Shown: one piece after another, positions 1-8,146 of the stretch | Layout: each line of letters begins with the position of its first letter | How positions within the stretch are numbered: the first letter of the stretch is position 1 | Origin: an uncultured Candidatus Bathyarchaeia archaeon | GTDB taxonomy: Archaea > Thermoproteota > Bathyarchaeia > Bathyarchaeales > DTEX01 | Assembly (NCBI GenBank): GCA_964398235.1 | Contig: CAYNMB010000001.1 | Location: 1-35,662 of the forward strand | DNA length: 35,662 nt | Reading direction: 5' to 3' | The notes under the pieces: generated by a model | What the model was told of the DNA's origin: nothing | What the model saw: only the letters and a program-made list of their open reading frames with translations | Database searches by the model: none | Translations under genes and position numbers: made by a program

Positions 1-49
1 ATATTTAAAATCTCTTGGACACTACAAATTAAGTCGAAAATCAACTTAA

Positions 50-171
50 TGGTGGGCCGGGCCGGACTTGAACCGGCGACCTCAGCCTCTCTTAATAGTT
101 CTTCTCTATTCGTAAGGGCTGCTTCAGGTCCTTTATTTTTGGATGTCCTAGCCACACTAGACTACCGGCCC
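50..171 (-). tRNA. tRNA-Val (anticodon UAC) interrupted by two 22-nt introns; 3' CCA is encoded
   Basis: The reverse complement folds as a cloverleaf: acceptor GGGCCGG/CCGGCCC, D arm GTCT..GGAC, anticodon stem CAGCC/GGCTG, loop CTTACGA, T arm GCCGG-TTCAAGT-CCGGC, then discriminator A and CCA. It is 122 nt against about 78 nt expected. The intron at 37/38 (window 89-110) sits in a textbook hBHBh' motif: CAGCC-CTTA-[CGA]-ATAG...CTAT-TAAG-[AGA]-GGCTG. The second intron (window about 123-144) lies right after the D stem, with a relaxed BHB (TAGG/CCTG helix, ACA bulge, TCC/GGA helix). Confidence 0.85.
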
Positions 172-193
172 ACTCACACATCCTATTGCATCC

Positions 194-204
194 CTAAAAA
201 TTTT
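194..204 (-). promoter_or_regulatory. Putative TATA-like box for the tRNA gene
   Basis: The A/T block AAAATTTTTAG (minus strand) is centred about 28 nt upstream of the tRNA 5' end at 171. This matches archaeal TATA spacing. The call rests on position and composition only. Confidence 0.3.
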
Positions 205-346
205 GCTCTTTAAGAATTTTAAGTTTTGCTTACAATCCATTTTACAAGTCTCTGAACATGTTAATCAGATTATTGCATCTTTATTTGGATGCATGTTAAG
301 TAAGGCTTTAATACTGTTATCCTTCTCTGAATTCTTAGTGCCTAAT

Positions 347-1204
347 ATGACCTTAGAGGAGATAATTCAAAAAATTCTTTCAGCTAGACCAGAAATGACG
401 CGTAAAGAAATCATGAAAATGATTGAATTGAAAGAGAAAAGCGCAAAAGGATTTTTAACTCGTGAGAGTGCGGCTATATCCTTGGCTGCTGAGCTTGGGG
501 TTCCAATAGAGGGCTCTATACGTTTCTTTAGGCGTGAGATGTCAATTAAAGATCTGGTTTCCGGCTTAAGTAATGTGACCGTTAGCGGCAGAGTTATCTA
601 TATTTCACCAATAAAAAAGTTTATTCGCCGAGACGGAAAAGAAGGGGTGAAAATAAGCGTTCATATAGCTGATGAAACCGGAACTATAAAAGCAAATTTA
701 TGGAATGACAAGGCATTATCACTGAAACCAGAAAACATTCTAGACAAAACAATTAGACTTTCTCATGTATCTGTACGCAGAGCCGGCGGAAAACTTGAGC
801 TTAATGTAAGCGACAGAAGCAAAGTAGAGATAGAGCCGGAAGACCTGAAGAAAAAAGATTATCCGCCCATAACAAATTTTATGAATAAAATAGGTGAAAT
901 TACCGGTGATGAAAAAAGCGTGAATATAGTTGGGTTTGTAAGAAAGGTCTATCCAATCGTTGTATTTAAAAGACAAGATGGAAATGAAGGGAGAGTTAGA
1001 CGCGTAGAAATTAATGATCAGACAGGCGAAACCATGCTTATACTTTGGGACGATTTAGCTAGCATTATCTCAGAAAACCATGTTGGAAAATACGTTGCAA
1101 TTTTAAGAGCAGGCGTTAAACAGCGCTTTGATGGACGAATAGAAATACACACAAAGAACCAAACATCCGTATTCCCCCTAGCAAGAAAACCTTCAGGCTT
1201 TTAA
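347..1204 (+). CDS. RPA-like single-stranded DNA-binding protein with two OB folds
   Basis: Two repeated OB-fold blocks fit the RPA pattern: VSGRVIYISPIKKFIRRDGKEGVKISVHIADETGTIKANLWNDKA and VGFVRKVYPIVVFKRQDGNEGRVRRVEINDQTGETMLILWDDLA. I set the start at ATG 347 (MTLEEIIQK). The ORF-track start at 203 would run into the tRNA promoter region and adds a non-protein-like leader. Confidence 0.7.
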   Translation: MTLEEIIQKILSARPEMTRKEIMKMIELKEKSAKGFLTRESAAISLAAELGVPIEGSIRFFRREMSIKDLVSGLSNVTVSGRVIYISPIKKFIRRDGKEGVKISVHIADETGTIKANLWNDKALSLKPENILDKTIRLSHVSVRRAGGKLELNVSDRSKVEIEPEDLKKKDYPPITNFMNKIGEITGDEKSVNIVGFVRKVYPIVVFKRQDGNEGRVRRVEINDQTGETMLILWDDLASIISENHVGKYVAILRAGVKQRFDGRIEIHTKNQTSVFPLARKPSGF

Positions 1205-1295
1205 AACACTTAAAAAGTAGCCTCTTCAATCCCCTCTAGTCTAGATTTTCAACAATAAATAAAAGATAAAAATGGAGAGAAGATTTTCTCAGATT

Positions 1296-1574
1296 TCACT
1301 CCTTCTTCACTAGCAGTATCTCTATGGTTGAAACATTGACCTTAGGTCGCTCTGGCGTTGACATTTCCTGAGTGCCTATTTCAATTTTCTCTACAGCGAT
1401 ATCTTTGAGAAATACGCGTCTCAGAAGTTCAGCGACATCAACGGCTCTACTTATAGCTCTTCCTCTAGCTTTAATGACAACTCTTTTAGCGCCGGAGTTA
1501 AATGCTGTTAAACAAGCAACAACGTAGTTCATTATGGGTTTTTTACCGATCATCACCTGACTTTCTTCAGCCAT
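1296..1574 (-). CDS. albA: Alba chromatin / DNA-RNA binding protein
   Basis: The 92-aa product has the characteristic Alba sequence: [45 protein letters not shown]. It has an ATG start with GGAG upstream. Confidence 0.9.
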   Translation of the reverse strand: MAEESQVMIGKKPIMNYVVACLTAFNSGAKRVVIKARGRAISRAVDVAELLRRVFLKDIAVEKIEIGTQEMSTPERPKVNVSTIEILLVKKE

Positions 1575-1678
1575 TGCAGATTCAACTCCTTTTAAGCTTC
1601 CTTATCTTCATCCTATTTTTAATTTCTATAATTTAAAAACTTTAATATAATGTTTTTCCTTAAAATTGGTTTCTTTCT

Positions 1679-3517
1679 CTACAAGAAAATCAAAACTAAA
1701 GAGAACATTAATCCAAACAATATTGGAATAATTAAATTTAGTTTGATCTTCCCTATAGCTTTATTGACAAGTAGGCTTAATTCATTGATCTGTCTCTCCC
1801 CCACAACTTTTATCTTTGGAACCACTACTCTTTGTAGTGCCACCACGGCTTCTTCAACGTTCTCCATAGCTTTTGAAACAGCCTTCCTAGCATAGAATAT
1901 TACTCTTCCGTGATCCATGACCTCACCTATTGGATGATAACCTCTTTCAGATAAAACAACAGCATTAACTACATGCGTGTCGGTTGTAAAAACTTCACCA
2001 TACTCAATACCCATCTTCTTTAGTTCTGAAAGTATTTTTTCTCGAAGACCTGAAATCATGTTGTTTCCATCCATCGTTATATATGCAGTTTTCTGCTCGC
2101 CGACTTTCACTAAAATTGCAGTTATGCCTCCAGGCCCCATTCCACTTTCTATTCCAAACTCTTTTGGAACAACCTTTCCAGCGCCAACCATTAGTGTCCC
2201 CATTCTATTTCTAAAGTTCACCGCCCTCCTTAATGCTGAAATTGCCCCCCTACTGATTGGCTTTGTTACGGCTTCTAAGCTGAATGTTCCATTAATACTA
2301 TTATGCGCATCAACTACTATGGCCCATGGAAAGCCCATTCTTTTAGCTTCTCGCAATATAACCTCATTTAACTCTAGAGGCAAGTCTTCCATCGTTTCTG
2401 GGGCTAGAGTCAAAGTTAAAAAGACATATTCCCCAAAAATTTGACATCCAATTTTTGCACCATTTTGCTTAATCATGAAAAAAGGAGATGCACTGTTAAA
2501 GAATTTGTGTGGTTTCTCTTTCAACGCCTTGATCAAAGTTTCTATAACCTTCATATTCTGCTTTTGTGAAGCCAAATCAAGTTCATGTCCAGAAATTCCA
2601 TGCGGAACAGAAACTACGCATCCCATCTCTTTCTCCAGCATTTTCTGAATCAATCCTGGAAGAGGGCTGCTACCCACATTCTTAAATGGTCCGGGATGTA
2701 AATTTGGAACAACAATTATAGCCTTTAATCTTCCGCTTTTCTTGCCCACAAAGATTAATGAAGAAACAACTATCTCCCTTTCTTCACCGATTTGTTCTAA
2801 TATTTCTTCAAATGGCTGTTCAACACTCTCAGTCCAATTGGCAAGAAAAGCCCTAAAAAGTTTAAGTGAGGGGATGCCAAGAGATTTTATGCCTATCTTG
2901 TCTAGAAGTTTCATGAAAAGCTGAACGCCTAGCATGGAGAAGATTATTGCCAATGGAAAATAGATGATTATAAAATTTATGTGAGAGCCTTTCAGACGAA
3001 AGAAAAACATCACTAGGGAAAATGCTAGAGGTTGAAGAATTGCTGAAAAAAATTTTCCTAGCCTATTAGAAAAGGAAGCTGCGTATATTGTTAGGAAACG
3101 TAATGTTAGAGCGGCGAACAATCCCAGAGAAACAATCTTGATGAAAAAATCAATGCTTAAAAAATGAAAGAACAGTATATGGGCTATGAAAACGAAAATT
3201 AATAGTAGCATGTTAGAGGCAAAAGATAAAAATGAACATCTCCTAAAATTCAAAATCACATCTCTTTGTAACAACAATTTAGTTGAAAAATATTCGGTAA
3301 GGAAGGTTGCTATAAAAAAGCATGTTCCAAATAAGAGGCTTTCAAGAATCCATAAAATATGAGGTTTCAATGGGACATTGCTTAAAAAACCTAAAACCAT
3401 ACTTTCAATAAGCAGAAGAATAAGAATTCTCCTAAAAGATGGAAGCTTAAAAAGGGAGGAGTAGTGTTTAACCGCTAGATCAATGTTACTTCTATATGAA
3501 GGGGGCTTTAGTGTCAT
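1679..3517 (-). CDS. Polytopic membrane protein, DUF2070-like (archaeal, function unknown)
   Basis: The N-terminal third or so is multiple hydrophobic helices. A soluble domain follows (HPGPFKNVGSSPLPG, VPHGISGHELD, VVDAHNS, TTDTHVVNAV), then a C-terminal TM helix. The family assignment is from memory. ATG 3517 is preceded by GGAG; the ORF-track TTG at 3529 is the alternative start. Confidence 0.5.
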   Translation of the reverse strand: MTLKPPSYRSNIDLAVKHYSSLFKLPSFRRILILLLIESMVLGFLSNVPLKPHILWILESLLFGTCFFIATFLTEYFSTKLLLQRDVILNFRRCSFLSFASNMLLLIFVFIAHILFFHFLSIDFFIKIVSLGLFAALTLRFLTIYAASFSNRLGKFFSAILQPLAFSLVMFFFRLKGSHINFIIIYFPLAIIFSMLGVQLFMKLLDKIGIKSLGIPSLKLFRAFLANWTESVEQPFEEILEQIGEEREIVVSSLIFVGKKSGRLKAIIVVPNLHPGPFKNVGSSPLPGLIQKMLEKEMGCVVSVPHGISGHELDLASQKQNMKVIETLIKALKEKPHKFFNSASPFFMIKQNGAKIGCQIFGEYVFLTLTLAPETMEDLPLELNEVILREAKRMGFPWAIVVDAHNSINGTFSLEAVTKPISRGAISALRRAVNFRNRMGTLMVGAGKVVPKEFGIESGMGPGGITAILVKVGEQKTAYITMDGNNMISGLREKILSELKKMGIEYGEVFTTDTHVVNAVVLSERGYHPIGEVMDHGRVIFYARKAVSKAMENVEEAVVALQRVVVPKIKVVGERQINELSLLVNKAIGKIKLNLIIPILFGLMFSLVLIFL

Positions 3518-3791
3518 GGATTTCTCCAAGTCGTCAACCTCTTTATTGGTTCAATATTTTTAAGGAATAATTTGATAATTATTTAATGTTTCTAGAATCT
3601 TCTCTAATTTTCAGATCACCAATTTTTCACATTTTTATGTCTTCCTCAAAAAGATAATTAAAGAATTTTGAGGAAATGGAGGAAATATTGCTGAGAAAGT
3701 CTCGTATAAATATCACTTAAGAAGCGAAAAATTCGTCTCTTAATCATGCAAAAACTTATTTTCTAAACTTACTTATTTTCTTTTGAATGGT

Positions 3792-4067
3792 ATGTCAGAA
3801 AAATCTCCCCCTATAACAATTTTCCATATGCTTGAAAAACATTTGGGAAAAAGAATTCATGTTATAATGAATTCATCCTATGGGTTTGAAGGCATATTAG
3901 CGGCGGTTACAACTCAGCCCCCCGGCATATGGCTTTCTGAAGCAGTAGCAACGGTTCTCAGATCTACCGTAGCTCAACCTATACCGCAAGTAGTAAGCAG
4001 AGAAGAACGAAGCGAGATATTCATAAATCTAAATTACGTTCAAAGAATAGAAATCCTACATCAATAA
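3792..4067 (+). CDS. Small hypothetical protein, possibly Sm-like (LSm) fold
   Basis: The 91-aa product has an Sm1-like stretch (KRIHVIMNSSYGFEGILAAV....IWLSEA) and an Sm2-like C-terminal strand (EIFINLNYVQRIEIL). The match is weak and pattern-level only. ATG 3792 lies three codons inside the ORF-track TTG start. Confidence 0.35.
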   Translation: MSEKSPPITIFHMLEKHLGKRIHVIMNSSYGFEGILAAVTTQPPGIWLSEAVATVLRSTVAQPIPQVVSREERSEIFINLNYVQRIEILHQ

Positions 4068-4094
4068 ATTCCATAAACGCTATCAACGTTCCCA

Positions 4095-4271
4095 CTAAAT
4101 TGAAATCTGAATTATTATGCATAATATTAGAAATGCAAGAACGAACACTATCAATGTTTTAGGTTTAATCTTTATCCCTAAACTTTCTTCTTCAAAGAAC
4201 CTTAGCAGTCCAGCGCTGGTGGCTGGTCCAGGCGCCATTCGCCGTCTCCGTCTCTCCCTTCTGCTACTCAA
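4095..4271 (-). CDS. secG: Preprotein translocase subunit Sec61beta (archaeal SecG); missed by the ORF track because it is under 60 aa
   Basis: My minus-strand translation is (M)SSRRERRRRRMAPGPATSAGLLRFFEEESLGIKIKPKTLIVFVLAFLILCIIIQISI*. It shows the Sec61beta hallmarks: a basic N-terminus, the SAGLxRFF(E/D)E motif and a single C-terminal tail-anchor TM. TTG 4271 is preceded by GGTGG at 9 nt; the alternative ATG start is at 4238. Confidence 0.8.
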   Translation of the reverse strand: MSSRRERRRRRMAPGPATSAGLLRFFEEESLGIKIKPKTLIVFVLAFLILCIIIQISI

Positions 4272-4325
4272 GTTTCATTCCACCAACACATAAAATATTC
4301 TTACGAAGTTAATTAATTTTGTCCT

Positions 4326-5954
4326 TTAAATAAGCCTTTCATTAATCTTTTTGTCTAGGCATGCTTTAACGAAACCATAATATTCTGGATCTGGTTTTCC
4401 CGGCCTACTTTTGAATTCTCCATGAAATTGAGAAGCAAAAAAGAAGAATCTGTTAGGCAACTCTAGAATCTCCATACGTCTGCCATCTGGGCTTCTGCCA
4501 GAAAAAATCATTCCATGCCTTTCAAGAATATCAATATATGCTGGGTTAACTTCATATCTATGCCTATGTCTCTCATAAATTTCTGTTGAGCCGTAAAGTT
4601 TATGCGCCAATGTCCCCTCCTTTATGATTATTTTGTGGGCGCCTAAGCGCATTGTAGCGCCAAGATATTCCGTTTGATATTGTTCAGGCATTAAGTCGAC
4701 AACTGGATGAGGAGTGTTTTTGTCGATTTCAGTGCTGTTTGCTTTTTCTAGCTTACATACATTTCTTGCAAATTCGACAACCGCTAACTGGAAGCCATAG
4801 CATATCCCGAGAAATGGAATATCATGTTCTCTAGCGAATTGGATTGCCATGATCTTTCCCCGAGTTCCCCGTGAGCCAAAACCATATGGAACAAATACGC
4901 CATCATATTTTTTCAGATCATTAACTCTCTTTGGATCTTCTTCAAAAGTTTCAGCTTCAATATAATCTATTAGGACACGCGTATCACATGCTGCGCCAGC
5001 ATGCTTAAACGCCTCGTTCATGCTAACATAGCTGTCCGTTAAACCAGTATATTTTCCGACGAGCGCTATCCTTATACTATGTTTACAGTTTTCAAGGGAA
5101 TCAACGAATCTTCTCCATTCTTCCACCTTCTTAGCATCTGGGCTTCTGTGAACAAAACCTAATCGTTTACATATATAGTCGCCCATTCCCTGCTCTTCTA
5201 GAATTAATGGAACCTTGTATATTGTTGATACATTATAGGAGCAGAATACGGCTTCTTTCGGTATTGTTCCAAACAACGAAATCTTGTCGAGAACCTCCTT
5301 CGTAATCATTTTTGCGCACCTAGCCACTATGATATCCGGCTGTATTCCTATTCGACGTAGCTCATTCACGCTATGTTGCAGAGGCTTCGTTTTCATTTCA
5401 GAAGTCACATCAAGTATGGGTACAAGAGCCACATGAATATACAATGTGTTTTCATATCCTTCCTCGAGACGCATTTGCCGCATTGCCTCTAGGAAAGGTA
5501 ATCCCTCTATGTCGCCCACAGTTCCTCCACACTCAGTTAAAACAACATCGGCTCCAGATTTCTCAGCAACGGAACGTATCCTAAATTTAATTTCATCCGT
5601 TATATGCGGAATTATTTGTACGCATCTTCCAAGAAATTCTCCTTTTCTTTCTTTCTCAATAACCGTCTGGTATACTTTTCCAGTCGTAATGTTGTTCTCT
5701 TTTGATAAGTTAATATCAAGAAATCTTTCATACCAGCCTAAATCTAGATCCGTCTCTCCCCCATCATCAGTAACAAATACCTCACCATGCATATAAGGAT
5801 TCATTGTTCCAGCATCGACATTTACATAAGGATCCATTTTAATAGCCGTTACAGAGAAATCCCTAAACTGAAGCATTTTACCGACAGAAGAGGTTACAAT
5901 ACCTTTACCAACGGAGCTTAGTACTCCGCCAGTAACGAATATGTATTTCACCAT
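4326..5954 (-). CDS. pyrG: CTP synthase
   Basis: The 542-aa product has the N-terminal [19 protein letters not shown] and a C-terminal class-I glutamine amidotransferase domain (GICYGFQ, HRHRYE). Confidence 0.95.
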   Translation of the reverse strand: MVKYIFVTGGVLSSVGKGIVTSSVGKMLQFRDFSVTAIKMDPYVNVDAGTMNPYMHGEVFVTDDGGETDLDLGWYERFLDINLSKENNITTGKVYQTVIEKERKGEFLGRCVQIIPHITDEIKFRIRSVAEKSGADVVLTECGGTVGDIEGLPFLEAMRQMRLEEGYENTLYIHVALVPILDVTSEMKTKPLQHSVNELRRIGIQPDIIVARCAKMITKEVLDKISLFGTIPKEAVFCSYNVSTIYKVPLILEEQGMGDYICKRLGFVHRSPDAKKVEEWRRFVDSLENCKHSIRIALVGKYTGLTDSYVSMNEAFKHAGAACDTRVLIDYIEAETFEEDPKRVNDLKKYDGVFVPYGFGSRGTRGKIMAIQFAREHDIPFLGICYGFQLAVVEFARNVCKLEKANSTEIDKNTPHPVVDLMPEQYQTEYLGATMRLGAHKIIIKEGTLAHKLYGSTEIYERHRHRYEVNPAYIDILERHGMIFSGRSPDGRRMEILELPNRFFFFASQFHGEFKSRPGKPDPEYYGFVKACLDKKINERLI

Positions 5955-6088
5955 GCTACTTCATCTCAGTAAAACAATAAGATATAGGGTTAAAACTTGC
6001 TTAAATCTCTTAATGATAACATAAAAATAAAAATACTGAGGATCTGTTTCCGAAAAATTTTTCTTTTAAAAGAATCCTTACCTTTAAG

Positions 6089-6101
6089 GGTGGTTTAAAT
6101 A
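6089..6101 (+). promoter_or_regulatory. Shine-Dalgarno plus spacer GGTGGTTTAAATA directly before the pfk ATG
   Basis: GGTGG is complementary to the usual archaeal 16S 3' end. The 12-mer GGTGGTTTAAAT recurs identically before the ferredoxin ATG at 13355-13366. Confidence 0.5.
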
Positions 6102-7130
6102 ATGAGGGTTGGAGTTTTAACTGGCGGCGGCGACGCTCCTGGACTTAACGCAGCCATAAGGGCGATTGTGAAAAAATGTGAAAAGTATGGCTTTGAGGTT
6201 TTAGGAATTAAACGTGGTTGGGCTGGAATGCTTGAAGGCGACGCCATGCCACTAAATTATGAAAGCATTAAAGATATCATTTCAAAAAGCGGAACCATGC
6301 TTAAAACTTCTAGGACTAATCCCCTAAAAGATCCGGAGGGAGTGAAGAAAGTAGCCGAAAACTTCAAGAAGCTTGGTCTTGATGCATTGATAGCGATTGG
6401 TGGAGATGATACGCTAAGCGTCGCTAAAGCTGTAAGCGATGCTGGATTAAATGTTGTTGGCGTTCCAAAAACAATAGACTATGACGTTCCGGGAACAGAG
6501 TTTACAATAGGCTTTGACACAGCGGTTAATGAAGCCATGCATGTGATAGAGAACATTAAAGCCACCGCGGCTTCCCATGAGAGAGTCTTCACCGTTGAAA
6601 TTATGGGCAGACATGCGGGATGGATAGCCCTATACTCCGGACTTGCGGCTGGGGCAGATCTGATACTAATTCCCGAGGAACCATTTAGCGTAGAGGATGT
6701 AGTAAACTTTGTGAAAAAGAAAATAGAAAGCGGGCAAAAATCCGTAGTTATCGTTGTAGCCGAAGGAGCGTTAATTAAAGGCTACAAAGGTCCAATAACC
6801 AAGGACGTAAAAGTTGATCAATTTGGCCATGTATCTCTGGGAGGAATAGGCGCCTTCCTAGCTAAGGAAATTGAGAAAGCATTGGGGGTTGAAACTAGGT
6901 CTGTTGCGCCAGCTCATACCATAAGAGGCGGTTCGCCGACAGCCCTAGACAGAATAATATCTACTAGGCTTGGTTTAGCGGCTGTTGATTTGGTTAAAGA
7001 AGGAAAATTTGGCATGATGGTTGCTCTCAGAGCTGGCGAAATCGTTGCAGTTCCGCTTTCAGAAGTTACTGGCAAAACAAAACAAGTGGATCTTCAACTC
7101 TATGAGGAAGCTAAAATATTCTTTGAATAA
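6102..7130 (+). CDS. pfkA: 6-phosphofructokinase, PfkA family, with signature residues of the PPi-dependent type
   Basis: Motifs seen are MRVGVLTGGGDAPGLNAAIRAIV, IGGDDT, VGVPKTIDYD, MGRHAGW and HTIRGG. Asp in GGDD(T) and Lys in PKTID occupy the positions equivalent to E. coli Gly104 and Gly124. This combination is associated with pyrophosphate rather than ATP use. Confidence 0.85.
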   Translation: MRVGVLTGGGDAPGLNAAIRAIVKKCEKYGFEVLGIKRGWAGMLEGDAMPLNYESIKDIISKSGTMLKTSRTNPLKDPEGVKKVAENFKKLGLDALIAIGGDDTLSVAKAVSDAGLNVVGVPKTIDYDVPGTEFTIGFDTAVNEAMHVIENIKATAASHERVFTVEIMGRHAGWIALYSGLAAGADLILIPEEPFSVEDVVNFVKKKIESGQKSVVIVVAEGALIKGYKGPITKDVKVDQFGHVSLGGIGAFLAKEIEKALGVETRSVAPAHTIRGGSPTALDRIISTRLGLAAVDLVKEGKFGMMVALRAGEIVAVPLSEVTGKTKQVDLQLYEEAKIFFE

Positions 7131-7163
7131 TCGCTAAATCTTCCTTCTTCCTTTTCTTAAGCC

Positions 7164-8135
7164 TTAAATTCTAATGCTTAAACCTTGGCTTTCAAGAAAC
7201 TTGTTCAATTCATCCCTATAGGGTAGAGCTGTTATTGCACCATGCTTTGTAACCACTAGAGCGCCAACAGCATTAGCTACCGTGGCGCACTTCTCTAAAT
7301 CCCAGCCCCTTAATAGCCCAATAAGTAAACCCGCATTCCATCCATCTCCTGCACCAGTAGTATCTACAGCTTTCACCTTAAAAGCCGGAGTATAGATGCT
7401 TTTTCCATCCCTAGTTTTAATTAAAGAACCCATTTCACCAAGTTTTATTCCAACAATTTCAACCCCATATTTTAGAGCCCTATCGGCAGCTCTCTCCGGT
7501 TCTTTAGTTTCAAAAATGAATTCAGCCTCCTCACGTGAAAACATCGCTATCTCTGATAGCCTAAGAATTCTCCTGTAAACTCTCTTTATCGCATTTTCAG
7601 ATCTCCAAACATCAAGTCTCAACGTTGGATCAAAGGAAACTTTAACCCCGCTTTCTTTGGCATGCATTATGGCTGAAAGAATAGCCTTCCTCGAAGGATT
7701 GCTTGACAAAGCGAAGCCTGAGACATGTAATATCTTTGCTGAAGAAATATATTCGTAATCAACATCTTCCGGCAACATTACATCGACGGATGTTCCCCTA
7801 ACCCATGGAGCCCTATAAAATATGAATGTCCGCTCCCCAGTTTCAGGCTCATTAACAACAAACGCTAAAGTCGTCCTTACATTCTCTTTGATTTTCACAT
7901 GTGATACATCAACTCCATTCCTCTTCAGCTCATTCAGCAGAAATTGGCCGAATGGATCATTACCAACAACCGTTATAGCTCCAGCGGAAGCACCTAGTCT
8001 AGCAGCTCCAACTATAGTGTTCATTGGCGCTCCACCAAAACATTTTCTGAAGGTGGAAGCTTCTAGATAAGAAACCGGTTCCGTGGATATGAAGTCTATT
8101 AACACTTCCCCCATGCCAATAATCTCAGGCTTCAT
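7164..8135 (-). CDS. PfkB/ribokinase-family sugar kinase (substrate unknown)
   Basis: The 323-aa product has the N-terminal GEVLIDF..GGAPMN pattern and the C-terminal DTTGAGDGWNAG anion-hole/ATP motif typical of PfkB carbohydrate kinases. Confidence 0.8.
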   Translation of the reverse strand: MKPEIIGMGEVLIDFISTEPVSYLEASTFRKCFGGAPMNTIVGAARLGASAGAITVVGNDPFGQFLLNELKRNGVDVSHVKIKENVRTTLAFVVNEPETGERTFIFYRAPWVRGTSVDVMLPEDVDYEYISSAKILHVSGFALSSNPSRKAILSAIMHAKESGVKVSFDPTLRLDVWRSENAIKRVYRRILRLSEIAMFSREEAEFIFETKEPERAADRALKYGVEIVGIKLGEMGSLIKTRDGKSIYTPAFKVKAVDTTGAGDGWNAGLLIGLLRGWDLEKCATVANAVGALVVTKHGAITALPYRDELNKFLESQGLSIRI

Positions 8136-8146
8136 GTTCGCCTCAT

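Noticed and set aside
203-346. The upstream extension of the RPA-like ORF (track start at 203).
   Set aside because: It begins 32 nt from the tRNA 5' end, inside that gene's promoter region, and encodes a hydrophobic, non-conserved-looking leader. ATG 347 gives a sensible N-terminus.
4201-4290. A GC-rich patch with local stems (TAGCAG...CTGCTA, GGCG...CGCC). I first considered it a structured ncRNA such as an H/ACA or other sRNA.
   Set aside because: The minus strand encodes a convincing Sec61beta protein. The GC richness comes from Arg/Gly/Pro/Ala codons at its N-terminus. No box motifs or ACA placement support an sRNA.
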